A stretch of 63,300 nt of DNA, filler included, from Sphacelaria rigidula (taxonomy: Eukaryota): assembly GCA_964200075.2 (NCBI GenBank). It is 6 parts of 6 records of this genome, joined end to end, with 100 filler letters (N's around TTAATTAATTAA, not from the genome) between each part and the next. Parts side by side here need not be neighbours in the genome. Positions count along the whole stretch, not along the records: positions 1 to 10,469 come from CAXNAA020006443.1; positions 10,570 to 21,036 come from CAXNAA020006444.1; 4 more parts are not named here. The stretch is one strand, 5' to 3'. The position numbers were made by a program, and so were the translations under genes. The notes beneath the pieces are model-generated. The model did no database searches and had not been told where the DNA came from. It saw only the letters and a program-made list of their open reading frames with translations. This document shows, in pieces, positions 1 through 12,913 of the stretch. Each line of letters begins with the position of its first letter. Position 1 is the first letter of the stretch.

Positions 1-101
1 GGCAAAAGAAATCGTGAATTTGGTGATTTTGAGTCGTGATGATTTGTCCTAACCGTGCAGGTTTCTACTGGCGTCCGATAACACTCCATATGGCCACTTA
101 C

Positions 102-250
102 GTGGGCTTCATCGCCACCCGACCCCTGCTCCCAATTTCCTCACTATGTTGGCGGTGAAACCACGTAGTAGCGCGGCAGACAGCGAGGAGGAGTCGGATG
201 CTGAGAGCTTGCCGGAGGCCGGGGACTTCTGAGGGGACAAGAGCACCCAC
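102..250 (-). CDS. candidate internal exon, unknown protein
   Basis: CTGCAG| acceptor and |GTAAGT donor bound a GC-rich 149-nt segment with one open frame (VGALVPSEVPGLRQALSIRLLLAVCRATTWFHRQ...). No recognisable homology. Confidence 0.3.
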
Positions 251-2531
251 CTGCAGCGGCGTGGTGAGCACTCCATGGTTTCTGTTTTTTGCAACATGTA
301 CACGGAGCTAGAATGGAATCAACGCGCATGCTAATAGCGAGACGGTTCGGCACATCCCCCGGTGAGCGGCAGACCGTGTCCATATCACCCGGCATTGAGT
401 AGTCGAGGATTGCGTCCTGTTCCACAACTGCTTCTTCGAATACCTGTCACCCATAGGACTCCCCGATGCTGACGACGCATTCATTTCGTTACACGCAATA
501 AATAAAACCATCGTGGAAAGACTAGCACCCGCACCGTTTGTGTTTGCGTTATTACCTCGAGTAGTATTTCCGCGCATCATGCGCTTGCCTCCCAACAGTG
601 GTCACAGGCGTATGGTGGTACATTTACAGACTCCGATACACCTAAAAATGAAAACACACGAGCAGAAAATGAAATGAAGATGACAACCGTCGACATACAG
701 AGGGAGATTGCACCCCCCCACGTAACCCAGATACTAGCACTTCAGTTATTTTCCAAGAAAGTGTAGCGGAAAAGAAGAAAAGAAAATCGTTTGGCGTAGT
801 TGTCGAGCAAGGGTGTGGGGGGCGTACAAAAGTCAAGGAAATTGTGTGGCAGGATAGGGGGACTACACCGCAAACCGTACCCGCAACCGGGTATGATATG
901 AAGAGCGTACCCGGTCTCCTGGTGCCGGTACAGGACGCGTACAGAACTCTTGCGATTATCGGATGAGGGTTTGAAAGTGATACCGAGTTATCAGAACTGT
1001 CGGGTACCAGTATGAATATGCCGGGCACGGTAAATTATTGCTTGATTGATTTGATGGTCGCGATTGAAGTAACCCTCCAGGGATTCGGCGGTGGTCGCAT
1101 GATGGACGCGCCCAAGGCACAACAAAAGTAGAAACCGACCCTGAGAACCGCTAGAAACAGCAAAAAAAAATCGGGACGGTATAATAGACCAAGACGTGAA
1201 AAAATAGAAACATAAACATAATGAAAGGTAGAAAATACCCGGGAAAATGCCTCGGGTGTACAGAAGACCGTGCTCTACAGAATACCACCTTGGAGAACCG
1301 CACGGCGACGAGATGAGGCGCGCGCGCAAGTCATGGAAAATCGCCGCAGATGAGAGTATTCACAAAAATTCCCTACAGTTATGAGCATTGAGTCTGACAT
1401 AATGAATCTTCATGCTGAAAAATAACCGGAATTGAAGACCATACCACTGACGTGCGCACTTGTTTCTGGGACTGGCGCAGGTATTCACGTCGGTCAAGTC
1501 TAACGTTTTACTGATTGTCCATGGGACGAAGGGCGCCGCAGGATGGCAGGCCGTGGCGGTTGACGGGAGGAAGTGCGGCCGTCATGACGGGGCCGACGAA
1601 GTTATGCTGTAGTAACGCCGGTCACTCGGTGATTCTGCCGCGCAGATCTCAACGTCAGGACCCGGCGGCGAGTTCACTTGACGGCGGTGCTGAACGTGCC
1701 ACGGTCCGCCCGTCAAGTGTGACGCCCGGCTAATTGTTGAGTGGTATGGTGGTGGCGATTGCTACGACAGACAAGGGCAACTTGTGTGGGAGCGCCCAGA
1801 GTTGCGGGTCGCACGGTGCGACAGTATTTGTGCGGGGGTGGGGGCGGAATGTAGGCGAGGGTTTTCATGCAGCGCAATGGCGCCGCCGTGAAGGGGCGTC
1901 GTTAGTATTGTTGACGCGGTGCTGTACGGTAACACTCATTCCAGGTTGTATCAGTCATCGAGCGGTGCGATGCATTAAATTTTTTCGGTACGTTTTCACG
2001 GCAAGCAGCGGTTGGGAGATGTGCGCGAGGGACGGCGGGGCACGCCAAACCTCTGTTGCGTTTTGCGACATGTGCGCTCGTGCAGTGTGCACGGCTCGCT
2101 ACAGCCAAGCGATCGCGTGCGCACCGACGATCCCCTCTCTTTTTTTCTCTCTGATTTTCCTTGTATTGTTGCCACTTTAAATCGATTTTTTTTTTTCCTG
2201 TTTCGGTATCGCATCTGTGTGGGTTATTTTACGTACGATTGTTTATTTTTTAATCTATTTCGTCCCATGATCGGGTTCTTCGTCCTTGACGGCGGCAAGG
2301 GTCCGAGTGATATGCTCGGTACAGAGCGATGTCCTGATGTCGGAACGGTCTAAAATGTAAAGACAACAACAATATCTACAACTACAACGACAAATTGGGC
2401 ACACGGACAGTGCTTCACCAACAATCCACATCCCCGCGAGTATACAAACACCCATCGAAATACTGATGCCACAAATATTGGGTCCCGAGCATTGGGGGGT
2501 CATGATAATGCGAGAGACCAAGGTTCCCCCC

Positions 2532-2705
2532 GGGAGCAATGATACGGTAGGGGTGCACTTTTCCCGCTGAGTCTTATCTGCTTCAGGGGGTCCTAACGAT
2601 TGTAGGTGCACAAGAATATGGTTCCGGGCATCCCCGTCTGTAAATTCATTCGGGATATCTCTAGCACATTGGGAAATACCCCTGGCGTACTCTCACGTAT
2701 TTCAT
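2532..2705 (-). repeat. dispersed repeat, copy 1 (copy 2 at 11089-11262, opposite orientation)
   Basis: The reverse complement aligns by eye to 11089-11262 (GAGAGTACGCCAGG...GATATCCCGAATGAA...AAGTGCACCCCTACCGTA). Confidence 0.8.
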
Positions 2706-2829
2706 AACTCGTGTTCGGGATAAGATAAAGGGCTTCTAACATTTCTAACCCCAGAAAAAACACGTTGTGCACCCCTACCGTAATATTACTCCTGGCCTTC
2801 GCAGGCGGTGCCTCGTGCATTTATGCCGC

Positions 2830-3760
2830 GATGCGAAGCGATGCCGAACCGGCCATGAAAATGCCGCCTGTACCTCGGCTGTACCTTTTCCCATCACTTG
2901 GCGCCGAGGATATTAAAGTTCTCCGTATCCCTACGCCGCCGGAATAAGCGGCGAAAAGACTCGTGCACCGTCTTTGCTTAGAATTACCTGTAACAGTCGA
3001 TTGCACTGCACCGTACTGTCGCCGCACATAATGCCCCGCCGGGCTTATGACATATCTTACGCAAGTGTAAGCGACATATGTCGGTCGCAATTACTTTCGT
3101 CGCAGAAGGCACGCTCCACGGTGTTGCAGGGACTGCACCAGGAGTACGGGTTGGCGTTACTGCCGCCAGATATTTTTTCACTGCCCACGCTTCCTGTTGA
3201 TCGGAAGCGGACCATCACGTCGGAGAATATCCGGTTTATTGTGATAGGAAAAAACTACAAGAACGTCCCCTATCATTCTCACGCCGCCGTGATAAGGCGA
3301 ACGGTAAATCTGGCACTGTAAGAGAAGAGACGTTGCCCTCTGCCGGAGCAGGTTCGCAGTGCTCCTCGGCTGAACACACTCTCCTCTTTGGCTACTCTGC
3401 GCGGTCCCGTCTTGCTCCACCCGGCGCCTAAAACCCAACGGAATCTGCCTCCAACATATGGAGGATCTTCAATGTTGAGCATTCCCTGTCTTGGTCCCAC
3501 TCTCGACCGTCAGGGGGCCGAGGCAGACAACAAAGCTGGGAAGATATGCCCCTGGCTCAGCACGGGTTCGATATCATCACCCTCTAGAACTGTCATTAGA
3601 AAGTGTTTTAGTTTTCGGAACAGTTTCAGCGTCGTGCAAAATCGTTGTTTCAGGCCACGCTGCGCTGAAAACGCATTGGATCGCCGCAACTACTGCGTCG
3701 ACACCTAGCTTCGGTGTCAACCCACACATACATCAACTCTCAGCTTCATCAGACGCCAGG
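2830..3760 (-). mobile_element. possible highly degenerate non-LTR retrotransposon (CRE/SLACS-like) RT relic
   Basis: Broken frames give motifs in the expected order: GVDAVVAAIQ, FPALL, GPRQG, LRKICHKP, GGVGIR. Many stops and frameshifts. Confidence 0.3.
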
Positions 3761-4690
3761 TGTGCTGTGTTGGGGCGCCTTTTCTCCGAAAATACCGCCT
3801 CCATAATATTGAAAAGGAATCTGTTATGTTACAGGTCGCTGGAAATGGGTATTCTTCTCGTTCAAATTTCGACTTGACGGTCTGCCTGTTCAGCCCATCT
3901 GCGCATGAAGCCGAAAAATCTCCAGAATCAGCAGGGACCCCAAAGGTTGCCCAACATCGTCGTAAAGAGCAACTGCATCTGCCTGCCGCACGGCAGGCTG
4001 TCGACAAACGCATCATAGTAGTGGGAACCCTCGCGCCTCAACCAAAGGAATCATTTTTGTACTATACTGCCTGTAATGTAATGTTTGTATTGTACTGCGT
4101 GCACTATAGTACGTATGTGCACACCAATGAGAACGGTACCGACCGTTAGCTTGTACTTGTACCGACTGCAAGTTATACGTCCACAACAGCACATTTGGAC
4201 TCACCAGCTTGCCCACCGGCCACGTCCGCGCTGTCTGGGCTGGATGACTCAACGTATGCACGCAGATTGTCGAAGGTGGCGGCAGGGGTGGGTTTCCTGC
4301 GTCTGGGGTTGACGCCCAGCCCGAGCAAGTTCCTCGCGTCTTGCGGATCCATGCCAGTTGTGCACACGCAGATAGGAAACAGCGATTTCACGGATTCGAT
4401 GCCAGCTATCGGTTCGTTTGTGCACCCTTTTCTCGATCAACTGATACCTAAACCCACTCGAGCCCCATTCCAGGCCGGTGCGACGTGTACTTGATCCCCA
4501 CGCCACCTCTGGAGTGCACTCCAAGTACACCGCGTATCTAGGAAGCTGACAGCACCGTGCAGCTTTCCAACAGCATCTGCCCAACAACAAGGTACCCTCT
4601 TATCGCAGGTACCCTAATACTCTACTTGCTATCAGGGAGTCTCCTTAACCCCATGAGTTCCACACAGCAGCGGAACTTCCTCTCACTGGG

Positions 4691-5508
4691 ATGGCTCCTT
4701 CCCACGCGGCGCATGCCGTTGTGATCGCATTAGGTCTGCCTTCCAAATCACCTTACTACTACGAGAAAAACTCTTCCCCGCCACCGACAGCCGTCAACGC
4801 CGCTGCCGCCGCCAGCTGCGCCTTTTGCGAAGTTGGCCCGGCTGCAGCCGGTTGGCTACCGCTCCATACCCGCAGTGGAGGTAGCAGCATCGCATGTGAG
4901 CGGAAAGTCACAAGTAGCAGGGTCTGCGTTGTGCCTTGTCGTAGGCATTTCGGCAGACATCATAAACACGAGGCGCTCCAAACACCGTTTTCCATCGGTG
5001 CTGGTGGTGGCCACTCGGGATTGCGGGGACGGGGCATCTCCTCGCCTCTGCAAGTGGGTCCCTTCGTGGTTGGTGCCATAGCAACACGTGCAGCCGCAAT
5101 CAGTGCCAGCACCGGCAGCACGGGCGGCGGCCGGTATTACGATGAAAACGAGGAGGACTTGGACGACGACTGGGGCGAGCAGGATGACGGTAGCACCTCA
5201 GGATACGGTGGCAGAAGCCGCGGCCGCGGGAGGAAAGTTGGGCGTAGTCGCAGGGCCCCCTGGGAAGACATACAGTGGAGCAACAACGCTCCCCCCCCGT
5301 CTGCGTTCACGTCTCAGGATGACGGCAGCGGCAGGCATCGAAGGACTCGAGTGCTGGACGATGTGGAGGAAGAAGACGAGGATATAAATGACGATGGTGC
5401 TGATGATGATGCCGGTGGTGAGCTATTCGACAGAGATCGACCTACGCGATCGGCGCGCGGTGGTGGTGGCAGTGGCCGAGGGTCCCGTGTGACGTTCGAT
5501 GATATCGG
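4691..5508 (+). CDS. first large coding exon of an unknown, probably plastid-targeted protein (G/R/D-rich low-complexity N-terminus)
   Basis: ATG at 4691 opens a 273-codon GC-rich frame ending at a strong GG|GTGAG donor (5508/5509). The N-terminus is hydrophobic/Ala-rich and ends in SCAF, resembling the heterokont ASAFAP signal/transit boundary. Downstream exons were not identified. Confidence 0.7.
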
Positions 5509-6495
5509 GTGAGGGATTCTCGGTCTGCACGTGTGCTCACTATGCTACTATTTTACTGTTGACTTGCATAGCATTCCTGTGTGCTGCGTAACACGTGTAC
5601 GCCCACGAGGACACTTGGCCGTGTTCAACATGCTTGTTGGATCGGTGCTGAGCCACATATCAGAGACTTGTCATCTTTCGTAGGTCTCTGCTTCAGGGCG
5701 TGGATGAGTCGTGGTGTTGCTTGCAAACCGCGTACCACACTGTGCTCCGGCGGTTTTCAGCGGGTCTATACAGTACTGGGAGTCAGAGCGCAGAGAGGCG
5801 GAGGGTGAAAGATGGATCCAGCTCCTCACTGCCTGTCACAAGTGTCTGCAGTCTTTGCTGCCTATGATGACAAAGTGGCGACGCAGCCTGCGCTCCACCG
5901 CAAATTGACGTCATGCCCATATATTGTCACCAAGAGCAGTACCACTGTTGTCATGTAGCAACTATTACCCCTTAGACAGCGAGAGTAGGTCATCTGTTGA
6001 ATCGGCATCAATTTCACTTGAAAAACATGTGCATGATCCAGAAAGACTACCCTCGCGGTCTAAGGGTTAAAACAAGAGTCATCGTGTGGGTCACGTCCGA
6101 CCCATGGTCATTGGGAACGTATCTTCTCTTTTGCAAACACGATGGCCACCGCACACCGCTCACACGTTGAAAAGAAAAAGAAAAATACAGCATGCTAATC
6201 GCATCAGTTCTGAACTTGTGTGAATTTCGCGTCATCACCTCATGCACCAAGATCGTTTCATATGGGATGAGATGGTTTGTAGAGTGTTTCGGACAACGCT
6301 TATTCGTCACTGCAGATTGCAAATATCTCAGGATGAGAGTAACGAAAAATTGTTTCCCCCTCCGTCAAATGTGGTACCCTCTTCACTTTTTTTCGCTCAT
6401 GTACTCTTTTTTATTCTTCACTCTGAGCCTGAGATGGTAGCACTCTGATATGACAAAAAAGCATTTTCCGAGACTATTTTCGTTGTTTTGGGGGT

Positions 6496-6605
6496 TTAGG
6501 AGGTTTTGGATAAGGGGTTTTCGTCATTGTTATCGGAGTCGTCGGCCGACGTCATCAGATATTCCAGAATGTCGTCCCACTTGTTGTCAGTTGAGATATC
6601 GCAAC
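6496..6605 (-). CDS. candidate terminal exon (CDISTDNKWDDILEYLMTSADDSDNNDENPLSKTS*)
   Basis: TCGCAG| acceptor, gene-like codons and a TAA stop. No upstream partner exon found. Confidence 0.3.
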
Positions 6606-6819
6606 CTGCGATTGCAAGTCGCTGCGTCTTTGTAGTTTTGGTAAGGAAAGCCTCAGATAATGTCCAAAAATACAAGAGAAGGAAAGGGGGGAAAGGCAGA
6701 TGGAGATAGGGGCAATAACAGTAGTAGAATGAGGACATGAATAAATAAGGTACAAGGAGAAGGCATTTAAAGCTGCAGAAGAAAACGAGGCCAAAGGCAA
6801 CAGTAGGGGAAAACTGTGA

Positions 6820-7078
6820 TGGAGAACAATGTGCGTACTACTTCATAGCCAAACCTCGACTTGACGGTCGACAAGGGAAAGAGACTGCTGAACCCCTCTC
6901 GCAATGAAAAAAAAAAAAAACACCGCATAAGGAGGGTGGAGAACTGAAAACAAGAAAAAAAAGAAAAATCTCCTGTGTTGACCTTCCTCTTGTGCGATCC
7001 CGGCTGGTGCATCTACATATACCGAAAGGTATAGGCCGGCGTCCAGAAAAGATTGGACGACAACACAACACAGTACAA
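6820..7078 (+). mobile_element. 5'-truncated copy of the tRNA-derived SINE
   Basis: Matches the body and 3' end of 15786-16172 (GGTCGAC..GGGAAAG.GACTGCTGAACCCC ... ATACCGAAAGGT ... GGCGTCCAGAA), with a CA-rich tail. Confidence 0.85.
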
Positions 7079-9547
7079 TCAGATGAGGATATTGGATAAT
7101 ACGTGAGGGAAGGAGTAGAAAGAACATGGGGCAGTACAGTAGAGGGAACGTAAAGAGACCCGCTAGAACAGCAGGGGAAGCAAAACGAAAAAGAGCGAAA
7201 AAGGTTTGACCTAAGCGCCTTTTTTTACAGAAGAACGAGAACAGGACAATTAAAGACCTACAAAAAAAGATGCGATGAGACAGAAAGAGGGTGAAGTAGT
7301 AGAGCAGAGGAGAACAATGCACGTATTACAAGAACGTGGAACAAAGTACGCTACAGCAGCACTGGGGGAAAAAACAGAGCTGCTAGAGGAGCGCCAAGAC
7401 AGGGCTAAGAATACAGCAGCACTGATGAGTATTACAGAGTGACCGAAAACACGTGGAGGATATCTGAAAAAGAGGTGAACACCCTTGCGGCCAGGCGGCG
7501 AAAAGAGTTAGACGTCCGCATCTCATTTTGCAGTACGAAGATAAAAGGATATTGTATATTTTACGAAGATACAACGAGAAAAAGAAAGTCTAATCAGTGG
7601 TGCAGCGGAGAATATTGCGCATGTTACATAAAACTATGAACACCGTCCACTAAAACAGCAGTGAAAACAACGTAGAAGTGAAGGAGGAAAACGAACACAG
7701 GGCAAACAGTACAGCAGCACCGTCGAGTAATACAAAGCTGAGACGGGAAGTCGGGAGAGATTACAAGTACACTCATCCTCGCTCTCAGCTTGTGCCGCGA
7801 GCCGATGAACGTCTTGACATCGTTGGCCACGTCTTTCGCGTCGTCGCCATGGCACGCCAACAGTACCCAAGAGGAGGCAGCAATGGCTCCGTCCACGCCG
7901 TGTGGGAGGTACTTTCAAAATCTGCACCAAAAAAAGACGTGAAACTTACGAAATCGCCGACGAGCGCAGCACAAGCAGGGAGGAAAGTCTTTCTTCAAAT
8001 GCCGATGAGGAAAACAATTCAAATTCGTCGATTATCGCAAACGTACAGCGGCGGTGCAAGTCGGGTAAAAAAATGATAGATTCACCGATGAGCACGATCG
8101 GGACGGACGAAGAATTTACCGTTTGGCGAGCTAAGGTTGTGGACAGATGGCGAGACAAACACCCACAAAACGGTTATAGAGGCGCAACGCGATGAGGTAT
8201 GAGGAGTTAGCTTTGGCGGCGGGGCCATAAGAGAATAACGACCCAAGACGTACGGCAGGGCTATACGGTATGTCAACTTTATTCCCACGTTAGCACTCAT
8301 TCCTACATGACATTGATTATTATTGTAATCTTACAACGGCAACGTCGTAGTAATAGGGGATATGTAGTCCGTCAGAGTGGACGCTGTAGCGTTCACTTAC
8401 GTACGTGTCAGTCACGCCCGACCGCCAGTTTGGAACTCCAAATGATTTGAAAACAGGGTTCCCGAGACGATGGGACCCTAATCAATATACAAAAGCAAGT
8501 ATATAAATTTGTAAAGGCGCACGAGAGGGCAGCATTCTGCCCACGCCTCCTTATCGATATTCGCCCGACTTTCACTCGAGGCCGGAGGGGGAAAGAATTG
8601 TCGGCAAGGTGATGTGACCGACGAATTGAGTGTATGCAGGTGTCGAAGCATCTGCATTTAATATATACTCAATCACTGTCTTCTGTAGCACACGCTCTGA
8701 CATGGCCTTTTATTACGGGAAAGGAAATGTATCGACCGAGCTTCACTCGAAACGAGACGAGGCAAACATAGCTCGGCGAGGAACTATACCGACGACTAGT
8801 ACGAGTAGTGTGTGTAGGTGTCGAAAAGTCTGTTTCGACCGAACAAGCCAAATTGTTGGAGATACTCTTTTTATAATGCGCGTCCCCTCCCACCTCCAGC
8901 ATGTAGTACATGGATTACCGACTCCATGTGCCCTTTCAAAGCGCGTGTCGTGCCTACCTCCAGCATGGGCATACTACCTTGACTACCGATCACCCGGTGG
9001 ATATGCATTAGAACTACTAATGTTAATATATAATACTCATGTCATGAGGTCGCCAAGCACCATATGCTGTAGGAGAGTCTCGAAAAATAATTCCACATCG
9101 CGGTGAGGTTGAACCCGCTTCATCCTCACTGCGATGTTGAACCTCATTTTCGAGGAGAATCTCTCCTCGTCACGGAGGTGTCGACTTCTCACATTTAACC
9201 CAACTACCCCAATCGAGATCAGCGCGCCAACATCGTTCATTGGCGCTACATTGCGGTCCAAATTGGCTACAGGCGCCTGCGGCGTCGATCTGGACGACGC
9301 AGGCCAGGAGCACGGCCCCCATCAAGGATCCGCACTTCGGTGCCTACACGTAAACCAAGTCGGAAATTTCCATATCTACGAAGTGGTGAACTTTACTAGA
9401 TCCATATCCCTCGATAGAAATATATTTAGCTAAATGTGAAGAGCGCATATTTTTACTCGTGTTCGAATTAGTCGTGCGGATTCTAGATTAGATACACCCA
9501 TGAATGTAAAATGCTTTTGACTGTACATTTCCCCCCCAAGCACACTT

Positions 9548-9640
9548 TTGATTTGATTTTGATTTGATTGTCGCACTCTAACTGACTCCCCAGGGGTCCA
9601 GCCGTGGTGTCATGATAGACGTACCCAACAAAAACGAATA
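9548..9640 (-). repeat. retroposon-like 3' end with (TCAA)n tail; further copies at 25953-26025 (-) and 35821-35901 (+)
   Basis: Shared core ...TATCATG..ACCACGG...CCCCTGGGG..TCAGT.A.AGTGC.ACAAT(CAAT)n in three contigs. Confidence 0.7.
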
Positions 9641-10029
9641 TGAAACACGCCCTGAAAAAAAGAAGGAACAGAACAAAACAAAAAAGCCTAAGAGAACGAC
9701 ATAGCAGACTAAGTCGTAAGAATTAAAAAAAAGTCAACACAAGCAAAGTACAGAAAGAAATGGCCGACCTATAACAAAAAAAGGAAAAGAAGAGGAAAGT
9801 AAAAAGCGAATGAAATAAAATACAAAAAAAGGAAGAGCCCCAAGGGATTCAGGACAGCAGAGCAGATACAGATACACACCAGTGCGCACCGCAGAGCCAC
9901 CGACTAAGGAAGTAATCAACAACCGATATGAGCAGACACTGTAATGCCTTGTGAAATATATATATCTCCTCCCACGAGGGCTTCGTTATACCGGCTGTTG
10001 TTCCAGCCTCAAAATGGATTTGAGCTCTC

Positions 10030-10300
10030 GAAGCAATATCTCATCGACACAGACGAGTTGGGCCGTGATCCGCATATCGTATTAATTGTCTAATGAAGGG
10101 GAAGATGCCCATGTCCTTAAATGTATTTGTCATTTTTGTTGTTGTTGATTGAACGCCACATCGAGTAATCCTATACCGTACGGATATACGGTCCATACTG
10201 AAGTCTATATGAACCCTCGATTGATACATTCAGCGGATGACAACGTTTTTTGGTGTGGGCATTCCCTGGAGCACGGGGAAACGGTCAATACCCTCCCCTT
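10030..10300 (+). repeat. dispersed repeat (second copy at 11817-12086)
   Basis: Colinear similarity over ~270 nt (AAGCAATATC..TCGACA..GCCGTGATC.GCATATCGTATTAA ... CATTCAGCGGATGAC ... ATACCCTC.CCTT). Confidence 0.8.
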
Positions 10301-10469
10301 CGAATAGAAAAAAACTTGGGAAAAGAAGTATTTTTTTTCATGAGTCTAAGGCAATAACCAATATCCAGTAAAATATCCTCCAACTCTGATGAAATGAAAA
10401 AAGTGAGTCATCCTACGATAAGGGGGGGGGGTATTTGGTTGCACGAAAAAAGAGGCTCATCAGTGTGTC

Positions 10470-10569
10470 NNNNNNNNNNNNNNNNNNNNNNNNNNNNNNN
10501 NNNNNNNNNNNNNTTAATTAATTAANNNNNNNNNNNNNNNNNNNNNNNNNNNNNNNNNNNNNNNNNNNN
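10470..10569. other. artificial contig linker
   Basis: N44-TTAATTAATTAA-N44 (stops in all six frames). Confidence 0.98.
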
Positions 10570-10671
10570 GTAGGGTATGAGATGTCCCAAATACCGGTAC
10601 CGGGTACCTACCTTACCTACGGTGCCTGTGGAACAGTACATATGACTACAAGCCGTTCAAAACCGGGGCTA

Positions 10672-10925
10672 CCGCCCCTGTCCCGTCCGTCTTCTTGGAG
10701 GGTCGCGGTATTCATGCCTTGCCAAGCTCTCATGAGAAATGATGTATGCGTCGGACGAGTCATTACTCGTCGAAACAAGTGCACTCGTGGATGTTTTTCG
10801 AAAACACAACGAGCATGACTCGTGTTCTCGAGTCATTATTTGCCGCCCCGGTCCCGTCCGTCTTCTTGGAGGGTCGCGGTATCTTTGTCCTGACAAGCTC
10901 CAGTGAGAAATGATTCTCGGTCACA
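10672..10925 (+). repeat. imperfect tandem duplication, ~171-nt period
   Basis: GTCCCGTCCGTCTTCTTGGAGGGTCGCGGTAT occurs twice (~10680 and ~10850). Confidence 0.8.
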
Positions 10926-11499
10926 GTTTCATGTTTATGGAAGAAATAAGATGTCTTACGAGAAAGAGTCCTGCATTGCGGGTGGAACGATGAGGAAAGG
11001 TGGAGAGTGATGATACGGTAAGTGTACACGAATATTTTCTGAGGTTGAAATTGTCAGGACCCCGTCATCTCATCCAAAACACGACTGGTGAAAATATGCG
11101 AGAGTACGCCAGGATTACTATTCCAATGTTTTAGGGATATCCCGAATGAATCTGCAAACGGGGATGCCCTGACCCATATTCTTGTGCGTCTAGCATCTTT
11201 AGGAGCCCCTGAACCAGACATAATTTCGCGAAAAAAGTGCACCCCTACCGTAGCATTGCTCTGGATAGGAAAAAGATTGCAGCGGGACTGAGAAAAAGGA
11301 CAACTGTCAATATGTCGTAGCATTCCCTCCGCTCGCACCGTGTCTTCGAGGCTTTTGTGTTTGTATACAGAGAAGACGATGTTGGTTGATGGAAGTGGGA
11401 AGGGATGATATTGTGATGATGGGAACAAAAATTGCGAGACGAGGAATAGGACCGCGGAAATGAATGATGAGAGAAATTGCGAAGATTGCAGTGGAAGAC

Positions 11500-11626
11500 A
11501 AAATCGACTCCCGGTGTAGAAAAAGTGTGCCCTTACGGCACCACTAGCAGGAAAAAAAATCCCGATTCAGGACTCGAACTCAACTCCCGGTGTGAAGAAA
11601 CAGTGTTCAACTCACGCACTACGAGC
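11500..11626 (-). other. degenerate tRNA(Val)-like sequence followed by a T-run and a partial tandem copy
   Basis: CTCGTAGTGCGTGAGTTG (A-box-like), TTCACAC (CAC anticodon loop), GAGTTCGAGTCC (B box), then a T-run, then a second A-box/..ACACCGGGAGT unit. The cloverleaf is not intact. Confidence 0.35.
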
Positions 11627-12657
11627 AAAAATAGGTAGACACAGGGTCTGAACACCAACCAACTTTTTGCACGTTCAGAAGTAAGTGTACATTTCACCTA
11701 CAGAATACACGCGCATCATCTTCGACGCGTAGCGCCATATCATCTTCTATAGATGTTAATAATTCCAATATATCATACGAGATATGGGCCAGCCTAGACA
11801 CAGATTTAGGCTCCAAAAGCAATATCCTGTCGACATACACAAGTTGAGCCGTGATCTGCATATCGTATTAACCATCTAACCAAGGGAGAGGTGCCCATAT
11901 GCTTGAAAGTTTGGGCCCATATTTTCTCGTTGATTAAACTCCATGTATAGTAATTCCTTTACCTAACGGAGAAAGCGTCGATACTAAAATCAATATGAAA
12001 CCCCCGATCGATGCATTCAGCGGATGACGTATTTCGGTGTGGACATTCTCTGGAGCAAGGGGAGACGATAGATACCCTCACCTTCACCTGATTCGTCATC
12101 TATCCCGAGATATGGCGCACATAGGTTTACATATTGAAATCAATATATTACGCGCAGAGGCACTAGACTCCCTAAACGTGGATATCGCGTCTCAGTTTTT
12201 GAGAGTTGTTCCATAAAATCTTGCGTGGTGAACCGCTAGTGCATAATAAAATAAAATAAAACAGCGTGTTAGCTTCTTTGATTTTCTTTCATTTTTTGTT
12301 CACTTTTTTCGAGTTTTTTGTGGAGTTTTGAGGAGAAATGAACATTGTTCTTGGGTCGTATCTCAACGTTTCTGCTCAATTTTGAGAATTTAAATTTGAA
12401 ACTTAGCATGGAGAACCACAAATGTGTGACGAATAAAAACCAAAAGTGAGCCTTCATTTTTTATATTTTTTCATATAGGTTAGGGCCTTATCGTGAAGAA
12501 ATAGTCTTCGCCATACTAAAACGCCCTCAACCAGTGAAGAAATGAATTAACAAAAATTATGCCCTGGCGAGGGCCCACATGAAATTTCAATACACAAGAA
12601 CCAAGGGTGGGCTGGTGGTTCTGTTCCGAATTTCTACCGACCCGGTTGTAGAAAAAC

Positions 12658-12913
12658 GCATGCGCCGGCCAATATTTAGAGTTGGAGCGTCAAATAATTT
12701 GACAATACATAGAGCATAAAAAGAATTGGAAGGAAGCACCAGAAGTTTTTTTTTCCGTGAGTTAAGGGCAATAATCAGTTTCAGGTATCAGTAGAACTCC
12801 CTTAACTCACGAAAAACAAAAAACTTCTGGTGCTTTTTTCCAATTTTTTTTCATGTCCTATGCATAGTCATGACCAAGATTGACGCTCGAACTCCACATA
12901 TTGGCCGACGCAT
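12658..12913. repeat. fold-back element with ~110-nt imperfect inverted arms
   Basis: GCACCAGAAG...CGTGAGTTAAGGG / CCCTTAACTCACG...CTTCTGGTGC around a ~30-nt loop. Arm sequence recurs at 47040-47150 and, more weakly, at 10305-10370. Confidence 0.8.

Noticed and set aside
7788-7908. Exon candidate (CTCAG|...GAG|GTACTT on plus; a gene-like frame also on minus)
   Set aside because: Strand and frame are ambiguous, with no homology or securely matching neighbour exon.
9037-9261. LINE endonuclease relic (LNVRS...VLGDL)
   Set aside because: Two short motifs with spacing too short; insufficient support.
10470-10569. TTAATTAATTAA motif recurring every ~10.57 kb as a biological periodic signal
   Set aside because: Embedded in N runs; a standard six-frame-stop assembly linker.
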